64,000 nt of DNA from Myxococcales bacterium (GCA_037445065.1 JBBILD010000003.1:160001-224000), one strand, 5' to 3'. Shown: positions 1 through 9,678, counted from the stretch's first letter. Notes: generated by a model not told the origin, from the letters alone. Made by a program: numbers and translations.

Positions 1-378
1 CGAGCGGCCCGGGGAGAAGGGGAAGGAGCTGCCGTTTCGACCTCCGCACCGTTTCATTCCAAGCTTGTTCGTTCGCGATGAAGGAAGCGGTGCGAGCGGG
101 CGCTTTTGGGCGGAGTACGACGACCGAGTGTTCACGGACCTTGTTAACAGTGCAACTGGCATTGCTCGCGCTCATTGGATCCTGAACGCTCGGTTCGAAT
201 GGTCGCCCAGTCCTTGGTTCGAGGTTGGCCACGCCAACGGATTGAAGTCGCTGCTGGCTAACTCGAGCGTATTTTTGGAGGGGAGCAATTTGCTGGACAC
301 CGAGTTCGGAGCCCCGGTCCGCTCACGCGAATGGCGGGTAGACGTAGCCTCTTGTTCGGGATCCGCACACAACGATGA
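1..378 (+). CDS. TonB-dependent outer-membrane receptor, 3' part (5'-truncated; apparent frameshift near 305-312)
   Basis: Frame +2 from base 2 reads GKELPFRPPH...FLEGSNLLDTEF, typical of TBDR barrel C-termini. Frame +1 continues GRRSLLFGIRTQR* with TGA 376-378 overlapping the tonB ATG (ATGA). Lies upstream of tonB-hmuTUV. Confidence 0.6.
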
Positions 379-1142
379 CGTTTCGACTCGGTCGCCCATT
401 GCCGTTTGTGCCCGTGTCCGTCCTGACCCACGCGTTGGCCTTGCTATGGCTGAGCAGAGTTGGGTTCGTAACTTTGCAGGCCTACGAGGACCCCATTCGC
501 GTCATCATCGTCGCGGGAGGTACGCATCGAGAGCCTGAGCCGGCTTCCGAGACATTGCCGTCTGGGGATCCTCGGCTGCCCTCGTCAGACGGCGCGAGCG
601 GAAACCTCAAGGCCAGTGAGGTGGTAAAGCCGGTGGCAAAGCCGAGAACGAAGAGCAACGCTCGAGATGCTCGAGTTGTCTCGCGCCGCAAGCGTGAAAA
701 GGAAAGAACTTGGCAGGCGCCGGTTCCGGAAAAGACGGAAGGGGCATTGGGCAATGGAGTTGCGGACGCCATTGGGAGCACCGGTGGGGAAAAGACCGGG
801 GGCGGTTACGGCCAAGCCGATTCGGGTCGGTCCGGAGAACCCACAGACGCGGTAGGTCGGTACCTGCGTGCGGTACGGGCTTTGATCGACGCGCGCAAGC
901 GCTATCCAGAGGAGACGCGGCGTACTGGTATCGAGGGCGTGGCCGTCCTTGCCTTTGTGATCGAACAGGACGGTCGACTCGCGGATCTCAAGGTTCTGTC
1001 GGCTGATGACCGGCTGTTTGCCATGGCGGCACTTGCAGCAGTGAAGGATGCCGCGCGCTGGATCGGACCTCCCCCAGCGGGCCAGCCGATGCCCGTCCAA
1101 GTGTCTCTTCGGTTCGAGTTAACGGAGAGGAGGAGACGTTGA
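375..1142 (+). CDS. tonB: Energy transducer TonB
   Basis: N-terminal TM helix (SVLTHALALL), low-complexity linker, TonB C-terminal domain (YPEE.RR.GIEG.AVLAFVI..DG). Confidence 0.85.
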   Translation: MTFRLGRPLPFVPVSVLTHALALLWLSRVGFVTLQAYEDPIRVIIVAGGTHREPEPASETLPSGDPRLPSSDGASGNLKASEVVKPVAKPRTKSNARDARVVSRRKREKERTWQAPVPEKTEGALGNGVADAIGSTGGEKTGGGYGQADSGRSGEPTDAVGRYLRAVRALIDARKRYPEETRRTGIEGVAVLAFVIEQDGRLADLKVLSADDRLFAMAALAAVKDAARWIGPPPAGQPMPVQVSLRFELTERRRR

Positions 1143-2053
1143 TGTTTCTGGTAGTGCGCGGAAGAGGAGCGGTTGGGGTCGTTCTCTCGAGTCTTTCCTT
1201 GGTGGTTGCGCCGAGCCCCGCCCGTGGGGGTCAGCTCGACTACGTTCCGAGTCGGATCGTCGCGATTGGGCCGTGGGTCACGAAGATTCTCTTTGAACTA
1301 GGTGCCGGTGACCGAGTGGTTGGAGTGGACTCGGCAAGCACCAGTCCCCGGGCTGTGCGCGCGAGGCCGAAGGTCGGGTACTTTCGCAGTCTGACGGTGG
1401 AGGGCCTCCTGGCGCTCGAACCTCAATTGATCTTGGCAATCAACGAGGCCGGTCCTCCCGAGGTCTTCGAGCAGGTCCGCGCGGCAGGAGTTAAGCTTAT
1501 GCAACTCCCTCCGCTAAAAAATGTTTCGGTTGCCAGCGAGGCTATTCGAAAGGTGGGGGTGGCAATCGGGCGAGAGGAGGAGGCCGTTCAGCTCGCCAAG
1601 CGGTTGGTCAGTAGGCTGGAGTCGCTACGAAAGCACGCTGACCGTGTGGCCGAGCGGCCGCGAGTGCTCCTGTTGTTCGCTCCCACTGCGCATACGTTGC
1701 TCATTGCCGGACGCGACACCGTGTCCGACCTTCTGATTCGTTTTGCAGGGGCGCAGAACGCAGCAGAATCGATTGTCGGCCTGAAAGCGTTAGGTGCCGA
1801 GGGGATCCTAGCCAGCAAGCCTGAGTGGATTTTAGTAACGGAGCACACCTTGCGTACTCTCGGAGGCGAAAAGGGGCTGTGGTCCCTGCCAGCGATTGCT
1901 CGCACCCCAGCGGCGGAGCAACAGCGCTTGTTCGTCGGCAGTGACGGGGGGCTGCTCGCTCCAGGACCGAGCTTTGTGCGGTGCGCGGAAGCACTATCCC
2001 ACCGTTTGCACGGCGAAGCTAGCGGCAGCGATTCATGTACTGGGGGAGATTGA
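1139..2053 (+). CDS. hmuT: Heme ABC transporter periplasmic binding protein (HmuT/ShuT-like)
   Basis: Signal peptide, RIVAIG...VVGVD, VGYFRSL (heme-ligand Tyr motif), EAGPP; operon context. Confidence 0.85.
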   Translation: MMFLVVRGRGAVGVVLSSLSLVVAPSPARGGQLDYVPSRIVAIGPWVTKILFELGAGDRVVGVDSASTSPRAVRARPKVGYFRSLTVEGLLALEPQLILAINEAGPPEVFEQVRAAGVKLMQLPPLKNVSVASEAIRKVGVAIGREEEAVQLAKRLVSRLESLRKHADRVAERPRVLLLFAPTAHTLLIAGRDTVSDLLIRFAGAQNAAESIVGLKALGAEGILASKPEWILVTEHTLRTLGGEKGLWSLPAIARTPAAEQQRLFVGSDGGLLAPGPSFVRCAEALSHRLHGEASGSDSCTGGD

Positions 2054-2054
2054 G

Positions 2055-3110
2055 ATGCAATCTTTACGGATCCAGCGTTCGGTAAGGGCTGGAGCAATTT
2101 TGCTCATTGTGACCTTGAGTTCGCTGGCGGCGTCTTCGTTGCTGGTCGGTCCAAAGAGCATTCGTTGGCACGAAGCGATGAGCGCAGTGTTTCCAGGAGC
2201 ATCCGGGAGGACAGGCAGTGATCTCGAATTGACCCGTTACGTTCTCCTGCACCTGTGCTTGCCGCGCACGCTTCTAGCGCTGGGCGTGGGCGTGGCGCTG
2301 GCCCTGGCAGGGACGGTGTTGCAGGCCCTATGGCGCAACGCTCTGGCGGATGCGGGGGTCCTGGGCATCAGCACCGCAGCAGCCCTCGGCGCGGCTACAA
2401 CTTTGGTCGGTTTACCGCACTTAGAGAGCGTTCCGTTCGTGCCTGGTTACCTCCACGTAGCCCTCGGGGCTTTTCTGTTCGCGGCTGGTACCATCGCGCT
2501 TCTGTACCGATTGTCGCAGCGGGCCTGCGGCACGAGCCTCGCAACGCTTTTGCTTTTGGGAATCGCCTTCAATGCAGCGGGATCAGGCCTCCTCGGTTTG
2601 CTGCTGTTTGTTGCTTCGGACGCCCAACTGCGGGCTCTCACCTTTTGGACTCTGGGAAGTGTGGCCGGAGCCACCTGGACAGTGACTGCGAGCCTATGGG
2701 CAGCCCTCGGCTGTCTCGCTCCGCTGAGTTGGCGTCTTCGCTGGGCGCTCGATGCGCTCCTGCTCGGAGAGAGCAATGCGTTTTACCTTGGGTGGGAGCC
2801 GCGGCCGATCAAGCGGGCTGCGATATGGAGCGCGGCGACACTGGTTGCGGTTGCGGTGGCTGCGGTCGGGCCAATTGCGTTTGTGGGACTGATTGTGCCC
2901 CATTTCCTCCGGTTGGTGGTGGGGCCCAGCCATGCAGTGCTCCTGCCCGCATCCGCGATCGGTGGGGCGGCGTTCGTTCTCGGCTGTGATGTGCTTGCTC
3001 GGTGTATCGTGAGCCCGGCCGAACTGCCCCTCAGCGTGATTACCGCCGGTCTTGGCGGGCCAATGCTGCTGGTCCTTTTGCTGAACCGCTCCGCGGCGGA
3101 GGGCTTGTGA
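2055..3110 (+). CDS. hmuU: Heme ABC transporter permease (FecCD family)
   Basis: LPR.LLA..VG..LA.AG..LQ...RN.LAD, GPIAFVGLIVPH, ELP. ATG 2055 follows the hmuT stop. Confidence 0.9.
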   Translation: MQSLRIQRSVRAGAILLIVTLSSLAASSLLVGPKSIRWHEAMSAVFPGASGRTGSDLELTRYVLLHLCLPRTLLALGVGVALALAGTVLQALWRNALADAGVLGISTAAALGAATTLVGLPHLESVPFVPGYLHVALGAFLFAAGTIALLYRLSQRACGTSLATLLLLGIAFNAAGSGLLGLLLFVASDAQLRALTFWTLGSVAGATWTVTASLWAALGCLAPLSWRLRWALDALLLGESNAFYLGWEPRPIKRAAIWSAATLVAVAVAAVGPIAFVGLIVPHFLRLVVGPSHAVLLPASAIGGAAFVLGCDVLARCIVSPAELPLSVITAGLGGPMLLVLLLNRSAAEGL

Positions 3111-3976
3111 TGCTGGAGGCGCGACAGGTGCGATTTGGTTTTGCTGCGAGACCCCTCCTATTCGGTGTGAGTCTCGAGCTGGGGCCTGGGGATTTGCTGG
3201 GGCTCGTGGGCCGGAATGGCTCTGGCAAGTCGACGCTTCTGAGGATTTGCGCTGGGGAACTTCGGCCATCTGACGGGGAGGTTGTGTTGGAAGGGCGCCC
3301 TCTCTCGCTATGGGAGCCGGAAGCGCGGGCGCGCCGGGTCGGTGTACTTTCGCAAGAACAGCCCCTCTCCTTCCCTTTCCGCGTACGCGAAGTTGTTCAG
3401 CTTGCGTGGGCTGCAAGAAGGATTCGTTCTGGCCCCGAGGCTGCCACCACCGTGGACATGCTGCTTGATCGTTTTGATTTAGGGGGGCTGGCCGACCGGC
3501 CGTACACACACCTTTCCGGGGGGGAGCGGCAACGCACGCACATCGCGCGCGTCCTGGCCCAAGTTTGTGTGGAGCGCCCATGGGAACGTCGCTACCTGTT
3601 GCTCGACGAGCCGACGAATCACCTCGACCTTCGGTTTCAGTTGGTTTTGCTGGAGACTCTGCGCGAACTAGCCCGAGAAGGCGTGGGCATTCTAGTCGTG
3701 ACCCACGATGTGGTGTTTCTTTCGCAGTGCGTCGAGCAGGTCTTCCTGATGGAGTGCGGGCGCATTTTGGCCGCTGGGCCGCCGAGCGGGGTCCTGCAAA
3801 GCCCGATTAGCCAGCTCGTCTTTGGTGTTCGCTTTCTATGTGTCGAGCCGGCCCGATCGGATGGTAAGCGCGGGGAACTCGTTGTGCCGGATATGACCCG
3901 GGGCAAGCAGCCCTGGCAAAAAGGAGAAACGAATGCAGAGAGCGGAAACGTCTTGGGACTTGCGACAAGGATGTGA
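3107..3976 (+). CDS. hmuV: Heme ABC transporter ATP-binding protein
   Basis: Walker A GRNGSGKST, LSGGERQR, LLLDEPT, RVLAQ. GTGA overlap with the hmuU stop. Confidence 0.9.
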   Translation: MMLEARQVRFGFAARPLLFGVSLELGPGDLLGLVGRNGSGKSTLLRICAGELRPSDGEVVLEGRPLSLWEPEARARRVGVLSQEQPLSFPFRVREVVQLAWAARRIRSGPEAATTVDMLLDRFDLGGLADRPYTHLSGGERQRTHIARVLAQVCVERPWERRYLLLDEPTNHLDLRFQLVLLETLRELAREGVGILVVTHDVVFLSQCVEQVFLMECGRILAAGPPSGVLQSPISQLVFGVRFLCVEPARSDGKRGELVVPDMTRGKQPWQKGETNAESGNVLGLATRM

Positions 3977-4472
3977 GGACGTTGTAAGGCGCGAGCGGTT
4001 GCGCACGATAGATGCGGCACAGCGCCTCGGCGTCTCTGAACTGGAGCTGCTCGATGCTTACCCGGAATGCGTCCACCGGCTGACTGGGGAGTTCAATCGA
4101 ATCTTTTCCACTCTCGGAGAAATCGGGCCCTTGCTGGCAATCACACGCAACGCGCATGCCGTACTGGAATGCAGCGGCCTTTATACGCCATTTGCGTATT
4201 CGGAGGAGAACTCCCTCGTGCTCGGCGAGGCGGTAGACTTGCGCTTGTCCATTCGCCGCTTCGCTCATGCCCGCCTGGTTGACTGGCTGAACCCGTTTCG
4301 GATTCCTGCAGGTGTTCTTTTCTTCGATGAACCGGGCCGAGCCATCCACAAGGCCTTCTTTACGGCAGACACTTCGGCGGATGCGGCCGACGTCGTTCTT
4401 GAACGATTCGCCCTCGATCCGAGGGTCGCGGCGGCGCCCGGAGCGCCGGGTGGAGCGACAGCCAACACCTGA
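3933..4472 (+). CDS. hemS: Hemin-degrading protein HemS/ChuS, N-terminal domain (split gene, part 1)
   Basis: DAAQRLGVSELELL, ITRN.HAVLE, DLRL, FFD..G.AIHK motifs. Confidence 0.8.
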   Translation: MQRAETSWDLRQGCEDVVRRERLRTIDAAQRLGVSELELLDAYPECVHRLTGEFNRIFSTLGEIGPLLAITRNAHAVLECSGLYTPFAYSEENSLVLGEAVDLRLSIRRFAHARLVDWLNPFRIPAGVLFFDEPGRAIHKAFFTADTSADAADVVLERFALDPRVAAAPGAPGGATANT

Positions 4473-4473
4473 A

Positions 4474-5007
4474 GTGCCATCCCGCCCTTTGTCCGCTGTA
4501 GCGGTAGATGCAGAGGAAGTTCGAAAAGCTTGGTCCGAGATGCGGGACACGCACGACATTGCGCCGCTGTTGCAACGGTTGCGTTTGTCCAGGATCGAGG
4601 CCTTGCGGCTTCTTGCCCATGATTGGGCCTGGCCGGCCCATCCACATTCCATGTGGTTCCTCATACAGGAGCTGGCTGGGACAGGTTTGCCGATCATGGT
4701 CTTTGTCGGAAATCATGCAGTCACGCAGATTTACAAGGGGCCAATCGAGCGACCGGTGATGGCGGGGACTTGGTGGAACGTATTGGACCGTCGCTTTAAT
4801 CTGCACGTGGAAGCTTCCGGGCTGGGCGAGAGTTGGGTTGTCCGGAAGCCAGTGCCAGAGGGAGCTGTGACGAGTTTGGAAGTATTCGATCGGTCCGGCG
4901 AACTGGTGTTGCTTGTCTTTGCGCGGCGTGGGGTCGGACAGCCTGAGCCCGAAGAGTGGCGGGAACGGTTACGGGCGATCGTAAGGGCAGTGGGCGACGG
5001 CGTTTAA
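4474..5007 (+). CDS. hemS: Hemin-degrading protein HemS/ChuS, C-terminal domain (split gene, part 2; different frame)
   Basis: W..MRDTHD, PIMVFVGN, W.NVLD..FNLH, WVVRKP..G.VTSLE.FD, E.EEWR. In-frame GTG at 4474, just after the part 1 stop. Confidence 0.75.
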   Translation: MPSRPLSAVAVDAEEVRKAWSEMRDTHDIAPLLQRLRLSRIEALRLLAHDWAWPAHPHSMWFLIQELAGTGLPIMVFVGNHAVTQIYKGPIERPVMAGTWWNVLDRRFNLHVEASGLGESWVVRKPVPEGAVTSLEVFDRSGELVLLVFARRGVGQPEPEEWRERLRAIVRAVGDGV

Positions 5008-5797
5008 ACCGTCTCCCTGGACGCTCTAGCGCGCGCCGGTTGCCTTCTCTGGCGGAGGCGGTTCTGAGCCTTGAACTCCCAAGTGTACCAGAGCGCGCGG
5101 GATTGAACGTTTCCTCATTGCTCCGACACACGCTTGCACGGCGAGCGGTACTAGGTACTTCCTTTCCGGTTCAGCCGAGCGGTCCCTTGATTGCACAGCT
5201 GCGCGCGAGCGGGCATCAGGAAATGCTGGCTTTGTTTCAACCCTTGAGCCTCCGGAGCACTGCGAGGTCAAAGCGTAGGGCACTGAATACGTCCAAAGTG
5301 GAGCGAGCAGACTGCAGGCAGTGCTACCTTCGCGAGAATGCAGTACTAAGTGCATCATCTTCGGCACTCGCGCGCGGCAGGCATACCGCCCGCTTGGTGC
5401 CCGATGACAGCGAGACCAACAATGCTGCATGCGAAGAAAAACCGTCGAAGGCGACGCGGTGCGTCTTAAGCTCGCCTGCGCGCCGGGCCGTTCCTCCTCT
5501 TCGAGTGTGACGCAAGAACGGTGGGCTTTGTCGGGCAACTGCCGGGAGGATGCTCTCACCTGCTCTCTCTGCGACCGCCAGGGTGCGTCCTGATTCGGTT
5601 AGACCCGAGAGTTACGTCCGAGTGGGGAGGCGGACAACTGGCAAGCAATAGACCGGGCGACCTGTAGCGGCGGTACAAGGGGTTTGCGCCTCGTTTTGTT
5701 CTTTGGTCGTTGCCCCGGAGACGTAAATTCTAGCGCGGCTCCGTAGGGAAGTTTTGAGGGGTGCAGCCCGGGTGTGCTTTGTAGAGTCTGCAAGCGA

Positions 5798-6071
5798 ATG
5801 AAGGGAGAGGCCTACGTCGGGCGAACTGCACGCACGATCGCGATCAGCTCCGATGCGGGATGGTTGTATGTCGTAATGTATGGAGATTCGGAGCTCGCGG
5901 TGGTTCCCACCTAAGACATGCAAGAGGTTGCCGATGTGAAGGTAGACTCCTATCCCGTCGGTATCTCTGTGTGTCTCCTGACGGGCGCGAAGTATGGCTG
6001 ACTTCTCAGGGGGAAAGGGGCAGGGAGGGCAGCCGGTTTCCGTCTTCGCGGTCATACTCGCGAATCCGTGA
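5798..6071 (+). pseudogene. Remnant of a YncE/YVTN beta-propeller protein (C-terminal blades)
   Basis: Reads VGRTARTIAISSDAGWLYVVMYGDSELAVVPT*DMQEVADVKVDSYPVGISV, then after frameshifts SPDGREVWLTSQG and GQGGQPVSVF. In-frame TAA at 5912-5914. Confidence 0.7.
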
Positions 6072-7074
6072 ATGCCGGTGCAGGCCGCAAATTTCGGTTC
6101 GAAGCCGAGTGCCGATGGGCGGTTTGAGGCGGCCCGTAGCCCCCGATCGCGCTTGGGTTTATTGCTCGGTCAGAGCTTCGGAAGGCCCGCTGGACGATTG
6201 AGGTGTAGGCTTGGTCCACAAGCAGGAGGGCGCGGTGGCAGCCACGGCGGAGAGCGAGCTGGCTTTCGGCGGTAGGACTGGCAATGAGCGTTGATCTTCG
6301 GCCGGCAGACCAGCATGACTCCGTTTTGCACGCTGGCGACGTAGGATCAGTCCGCGTTGCGGACGGTTTTCGAAGTCAGCGCAAAACTCGCTGTAGCGAT
6401 GGGACAGCGGAGCGCACGAACCGAGAGCGAGAGAACTTGCGGACTGCGAGCCGTGCTTCGCGGTTGGTGAACGTCGCAGAGTTGGTTGCGGAAGGTTCGG
6501 AGCAGGAACGGTGGAAGTAGTTAGGGATGCCCACGTGCGGAGCTTGTGCGAGCGCACAGGTTGGCTTCGGGGCAAGCGCCGGTGGATTGAGGCACTCAAG
6601 GCAGATAAACGTGCACATACTGCGCGCGAGGAAGCGGTGATCCTGCTTGCATTGCGAGTATTCCTTCGCCGGGTGGGGAGACGGGGATGCCGGCGCCTCC
6701 GGATATGTGCGCTAAGCTGGTAGAACCACCAGTTTGGGCAAGATCTGTGAAGGCGGCAATGTGCTCACGTTGCGTTCAGACGGTAAGTATGGCGAGAGCG
6801 GATCGGGTGAAGCGGTTCTAGGAGAGGGCTGCGCCTCGGTCGCACACGTCGACGAGCAGCGCGTTAGGCAGTCAGAATCGGCGGATAGGAGAATGGCGGT
6901 TCCACCACGGTCCGCAGCCAGTGGCGGCCTGCGGTCCGCTCCTCGGTGTGCCCTGCGAGTCAGTGGCCCATTACAAGTCGCCGGCTGGACTAGTTGCCCG
7001 CTTTGGTGGGAGCGGTATTCGTGGCACAGGATTTCAGAGGCGAGTACGGTGGTTCGTCCGAGCTTAGGTTGCGC

Positions 7075-7503
7075 TCACTCGCGCTCGCCGAAAACGGCAC
7101 GGTCGAGGGAATAGCGGCCAGGACCGGCAAGGATCAGCAAGATCGCGACGCAGAGATAAATCGAGGCAAGCTCGTAGGAAGACCCGCCCACGCTGACAAA
7201 CGGGTCTCCCCGCAGGGCAGCGTGGTAGTACACAGCCACGGTCATGGTGCAAGCGATACCGAACGAGGCCAACGGTGTCAGGAATCCCACAATCCAGGCA
7301 AACCCACCGCCAAATTCGGAAAGAGCGGCCAACGCCTGCAAGATGCCCGGTGTCGGGGCATCGGGGCCCATCCAGCCGAACGGATTCTGAATCTTACCCG
7401 AGCCATGTATGATGAAAGCGAGGCCTGCGACAAGGCGGATGGGTAAGAGGCCGATCGAGGTTGTAACGCTTTGCTGTGTTATTTGGAAAACACGCCGAAT
7501 CAT
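7075..7503 (-). CDS. DoxX family membrane protein
   Basis: R..AG..F..HG..K, EF.GG...G.LT, GPGRYSLD. ATG at 7503; the upstream extension of the ORF is non-homologous. Confidence 0.9.
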   Translation of the reverse strand: MIRRVFQITQQSVTTSIGLLPIRLVAGLAFIIHGSGKIQNPFGWMGPDAPTPGILQALAALSEFGGGFAWIVGFLTPLASFGIACTMTVAVYYHAALRGDPFVSVGGSSYELASIYLCVAILLILAGPGRYSLDRAVFGERE

Positions 7504-7974
7504 GAGAAGACGCGTTTGCTGGTTGCCACGGTACGAGTCAAGTGCCGGGTGGAGAAAAAGCGTGGCCGTCTTCCAGCTCATGGCTCGGTGTGACTGGTGG
7601 AATTGTCCCGAATTGTCCTGGTCCACCCGAGAAATTTGGTTCGTTTGCATGCGCGCCCGTGGCTGATGGGTCGCTCCGTTGCGCAGCCGAGCGTACCGAG
7701 CGCGCGCCGATGCGGTCGGTATCTCTGGAGCCAGCGGGGAGAAAGGCCTTCTTCCTCTGAGTGCGCCAGGAAGCTGGCTTGAAGCGGTGCGCATTGGATC
7801 GGCCAAGCCGTGGTTCTGGCCGGAGGAGTAGGTTGAAAAGTCGATTGGGTTGGCCGGTGTAAGGGCGAAAGCTCACCGGCAAGTACGTGTCCCGAGGGTT
7901 GATTGCTTCGTTTCTGTCTTAAGGCGCAGGGATCCAAAAGACGCCCAGAGCCAGCGCGGGAGGATGCGCAAAAG

Positions 7975-8046
7975 TGGTCCCAAGGGGATTCGAACCCCTG
8001 TTACCGACGTGAGAGGCCGGCGTCCTAACCGCTAGACGATGGGACC
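7975..8046 (-). tRNA. tRNA-Glu(CTC)
   Basis: Cloverleaf GGTCCCA...TGGGACC-A, anticodon loop CT-CTC-AC, GTTCGAATC T-loop. Confidence 0.97.
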
Positions 8047-8107
8047 GTGATTCTTGACACAGGAAGAGCCGAGCGACCGGCAACTGCCCGCCGCTCGGCT
8101 AGCTGAA

Positions 8108-8180
8108 CTGAGGAGGTAGGACTCGAACCTACAATCGCCTGATCCAGAGTCAGGTGGCTTGCCAATTAGCCGACTCCTCA
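8108..8180 (-). tRNA. tRNA-Gln(CTG)
   Basis: TGAGGAG...CTCCTCA-G, anticodon loop CT-CTG-GA, U1-A72 pair. Confidence 0.97.
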
Positions 8181-8198
8181 ATGCTTGCAGTGCATTGT

Positions 8199-8227
8199 CC
8201 ATTAAATCGAGCCAACCGGCGAGTCAA
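8199..8227 (-). promoter_or_regulatory. Putative sigma70-type promoter for tRNA-Gln/tRNA-Glu
   Basis: TTGACT-17 nt-TAATGG ending 18 nt before tRNA-Gln. Confidence 0.5.
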
Positions 8228-9663
8228 GTTTGCACAGGACCAGCGCTACTTTCTGAGGCAAGTCGGGCCACAGCTTGCAAGGCTCCGTCCAGACGCCGCA
8301 GGGTCCGTTCCTTGCCGAGCAACGACACCACTTCGAAGATACCGGGACTCACTGTACCGCCGGTGAGGGCGACACGAACTGGCTGAGCCAGTTGGCCGAG
8401 CGAGAGCCCGAACGTGGTCTGGACCTCCGCGAACGTAGTGCGCACACACTCAACCGTCCATCCTTCGAGTTTGGCGAACTGCTCCCGCAATGCCTGGAGG
8501 GCAGGCAACACCGAGGGGCTGAAGAACTTGCGCAGAAGTGCGGCAGGAGGCTCGACCTCACTCACGAAGAAAAAGCGGCCTTGTTCCACCATATCCACCA
8601 GTGTCTTTGCACGCTCCTGAAGCGTGGCAACAACAGCGGCCAGCCACTCGTCGTTGCCCGGGATAGGTAGCCCCTGAGCGTTAAGGTAGGGTTTGATCCG
8701 TTGGGCAAGTTCATGCGTAGGGGTCGCCTTGATGTACTGGAAATTGAGCCACTCCAGCTTCTCTGCGTTGTAGATTCCTGCAGACTTGCCGACGTTTTCC
8801 AGGCTGAACTTTTCGATCAATTCGTCCCGCGAAAAGATTTCCTGGTCCCCGTGCGACCAGCCGAGCCGCGCCAGAAAGTTCACGAGCGCATCTGGTAGGT
8901 ATCCCATGTCCCGGTAAGCGAGCACGGAAGTCGCCCCATGCCGCTTGCTCAAGCGGGTCCGGTCCGGCCCGAGAATCTGCGGTACATGTGCAAACTCAGG
9001 TACTGGATACCCTAGCGCTCGGTAAATTTGGATCTGTTTCGGCGTGTTCGTGAGGTGATCATCGCCCCGGATCACGTGCGAGATACGCATGGTTGCATCG
9101 TCAACCACCACGCACAGGTTGTAGGTGGGGCTCCCATCCGAGCGCACGATGATGAGGTCATCCAGTTCTTCGTGTTCAAAGGCCACGGGACCTTTCACGA
9201 GGTCGTGCACCACCGTTACGCCGTCCGTGGGCATTTTGAAGCGGATTGCAAACGGGGCGCCGGTTACTCCCTCGGGTCGCGCCCGACAACTTCGGTCGTA
9301 AACAGGCTTGCGGCCTTCACGCAACGCCAGTTCTCTCTTCGCTTCCAGCTCCTGCGGAGAGCAGTAACAACGATACGCGTGGCCAGATGCGAGGAGACGT
9401 TCAGCGTGCTCGCGATAAAGATCGAGCCGCTCGCTCTGAAAGTACGGTCCCTCGTCCCAGTCCAACTTGAGCCAGCGCAACGCTTCGAGAATCGCTTCGA
9501 TAGCCTCGTTGGTGGAACGTTCGCGATCCGTGTCTTCGATACGGAGAACGAACTTTCCCTTATGGTGGCGTGCAAACAGATAACTGAAGAGCGCAGTGCG
9601 GGCACCGCCCAGGTGCAAATAACCAGTTGGGCTGGGAGCGAATCGAGTGCGAACCTCGGCCAT
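8224..9663 (-). CDS. gltX: Glutamate--tRNA ligase
   Basis: RFAPSPTGYLHLGG (HIGH), LRIEDTD, RLSKR (KMSKS), C-terminal anticodon-binding domain. Confidence 0.98.
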   Translation of the reverse strand: MAEVRTRFAPSPTGYLHLGGARTALFSYLFARHHKGKFVLRIEDTDRERSTNEAIEAILEALRWLKLDWDEGPYFQSERLDLYREHAERLLASGHAYRCYCSPQELEAKRELALREGRKPVYDRSCRARPEGVTGAPFAIRFKMPTDGVTVVHDLVKGPVAFEHEELDDLIIVRSDGSPTYNLCVVVDDATMRISHVIRGDDHLTNTPKQIQIYRALGYPVPEFAHVPQILGPDRTRLSKRHGATSVLAYRDMGYLPDALVNFLARLGWSHGDQEIFSRDELIEKFSLENVGKSAGIYNAEKLEWLNFQYIKATPTHELAQRIKPYLNAQGLPIPGNDEWLAAVVATLQERAKTLVDMVEQGRFFFVSEVEPPAALLRKFFSPSVLPALQALREQFAKLEGWTVECVRTTFAEVQTTFGLSLGQLAQPVRVALTGGTVSPGIFEVVSLLGKERTLRRLDGALQAVARLASESSAGPVQT

Positions 9664-9678
9664 CGCGACGTGTTCGCC

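Noticed and set aside
1896..2054. 5' extensions in the ORF track (hmuU 1896, hmuV 3002, doxX 7806, MATE 17898, degP 27780, tlpA 37844, lgt 38434, Nudix 41329, clpP 45797)
   Set aside because: They overlap neighbouring genes or are non-homologous; downstream starts fit family N-termini, SD sites or stop/start coupling.
4956..5559. Overlapping ORFs 4956-5510 (+) and 5026-5559 (-) as real genes
   Set aside because: Arg/Ser/Ala-rich, no motifs or SD, mutually overlapping.
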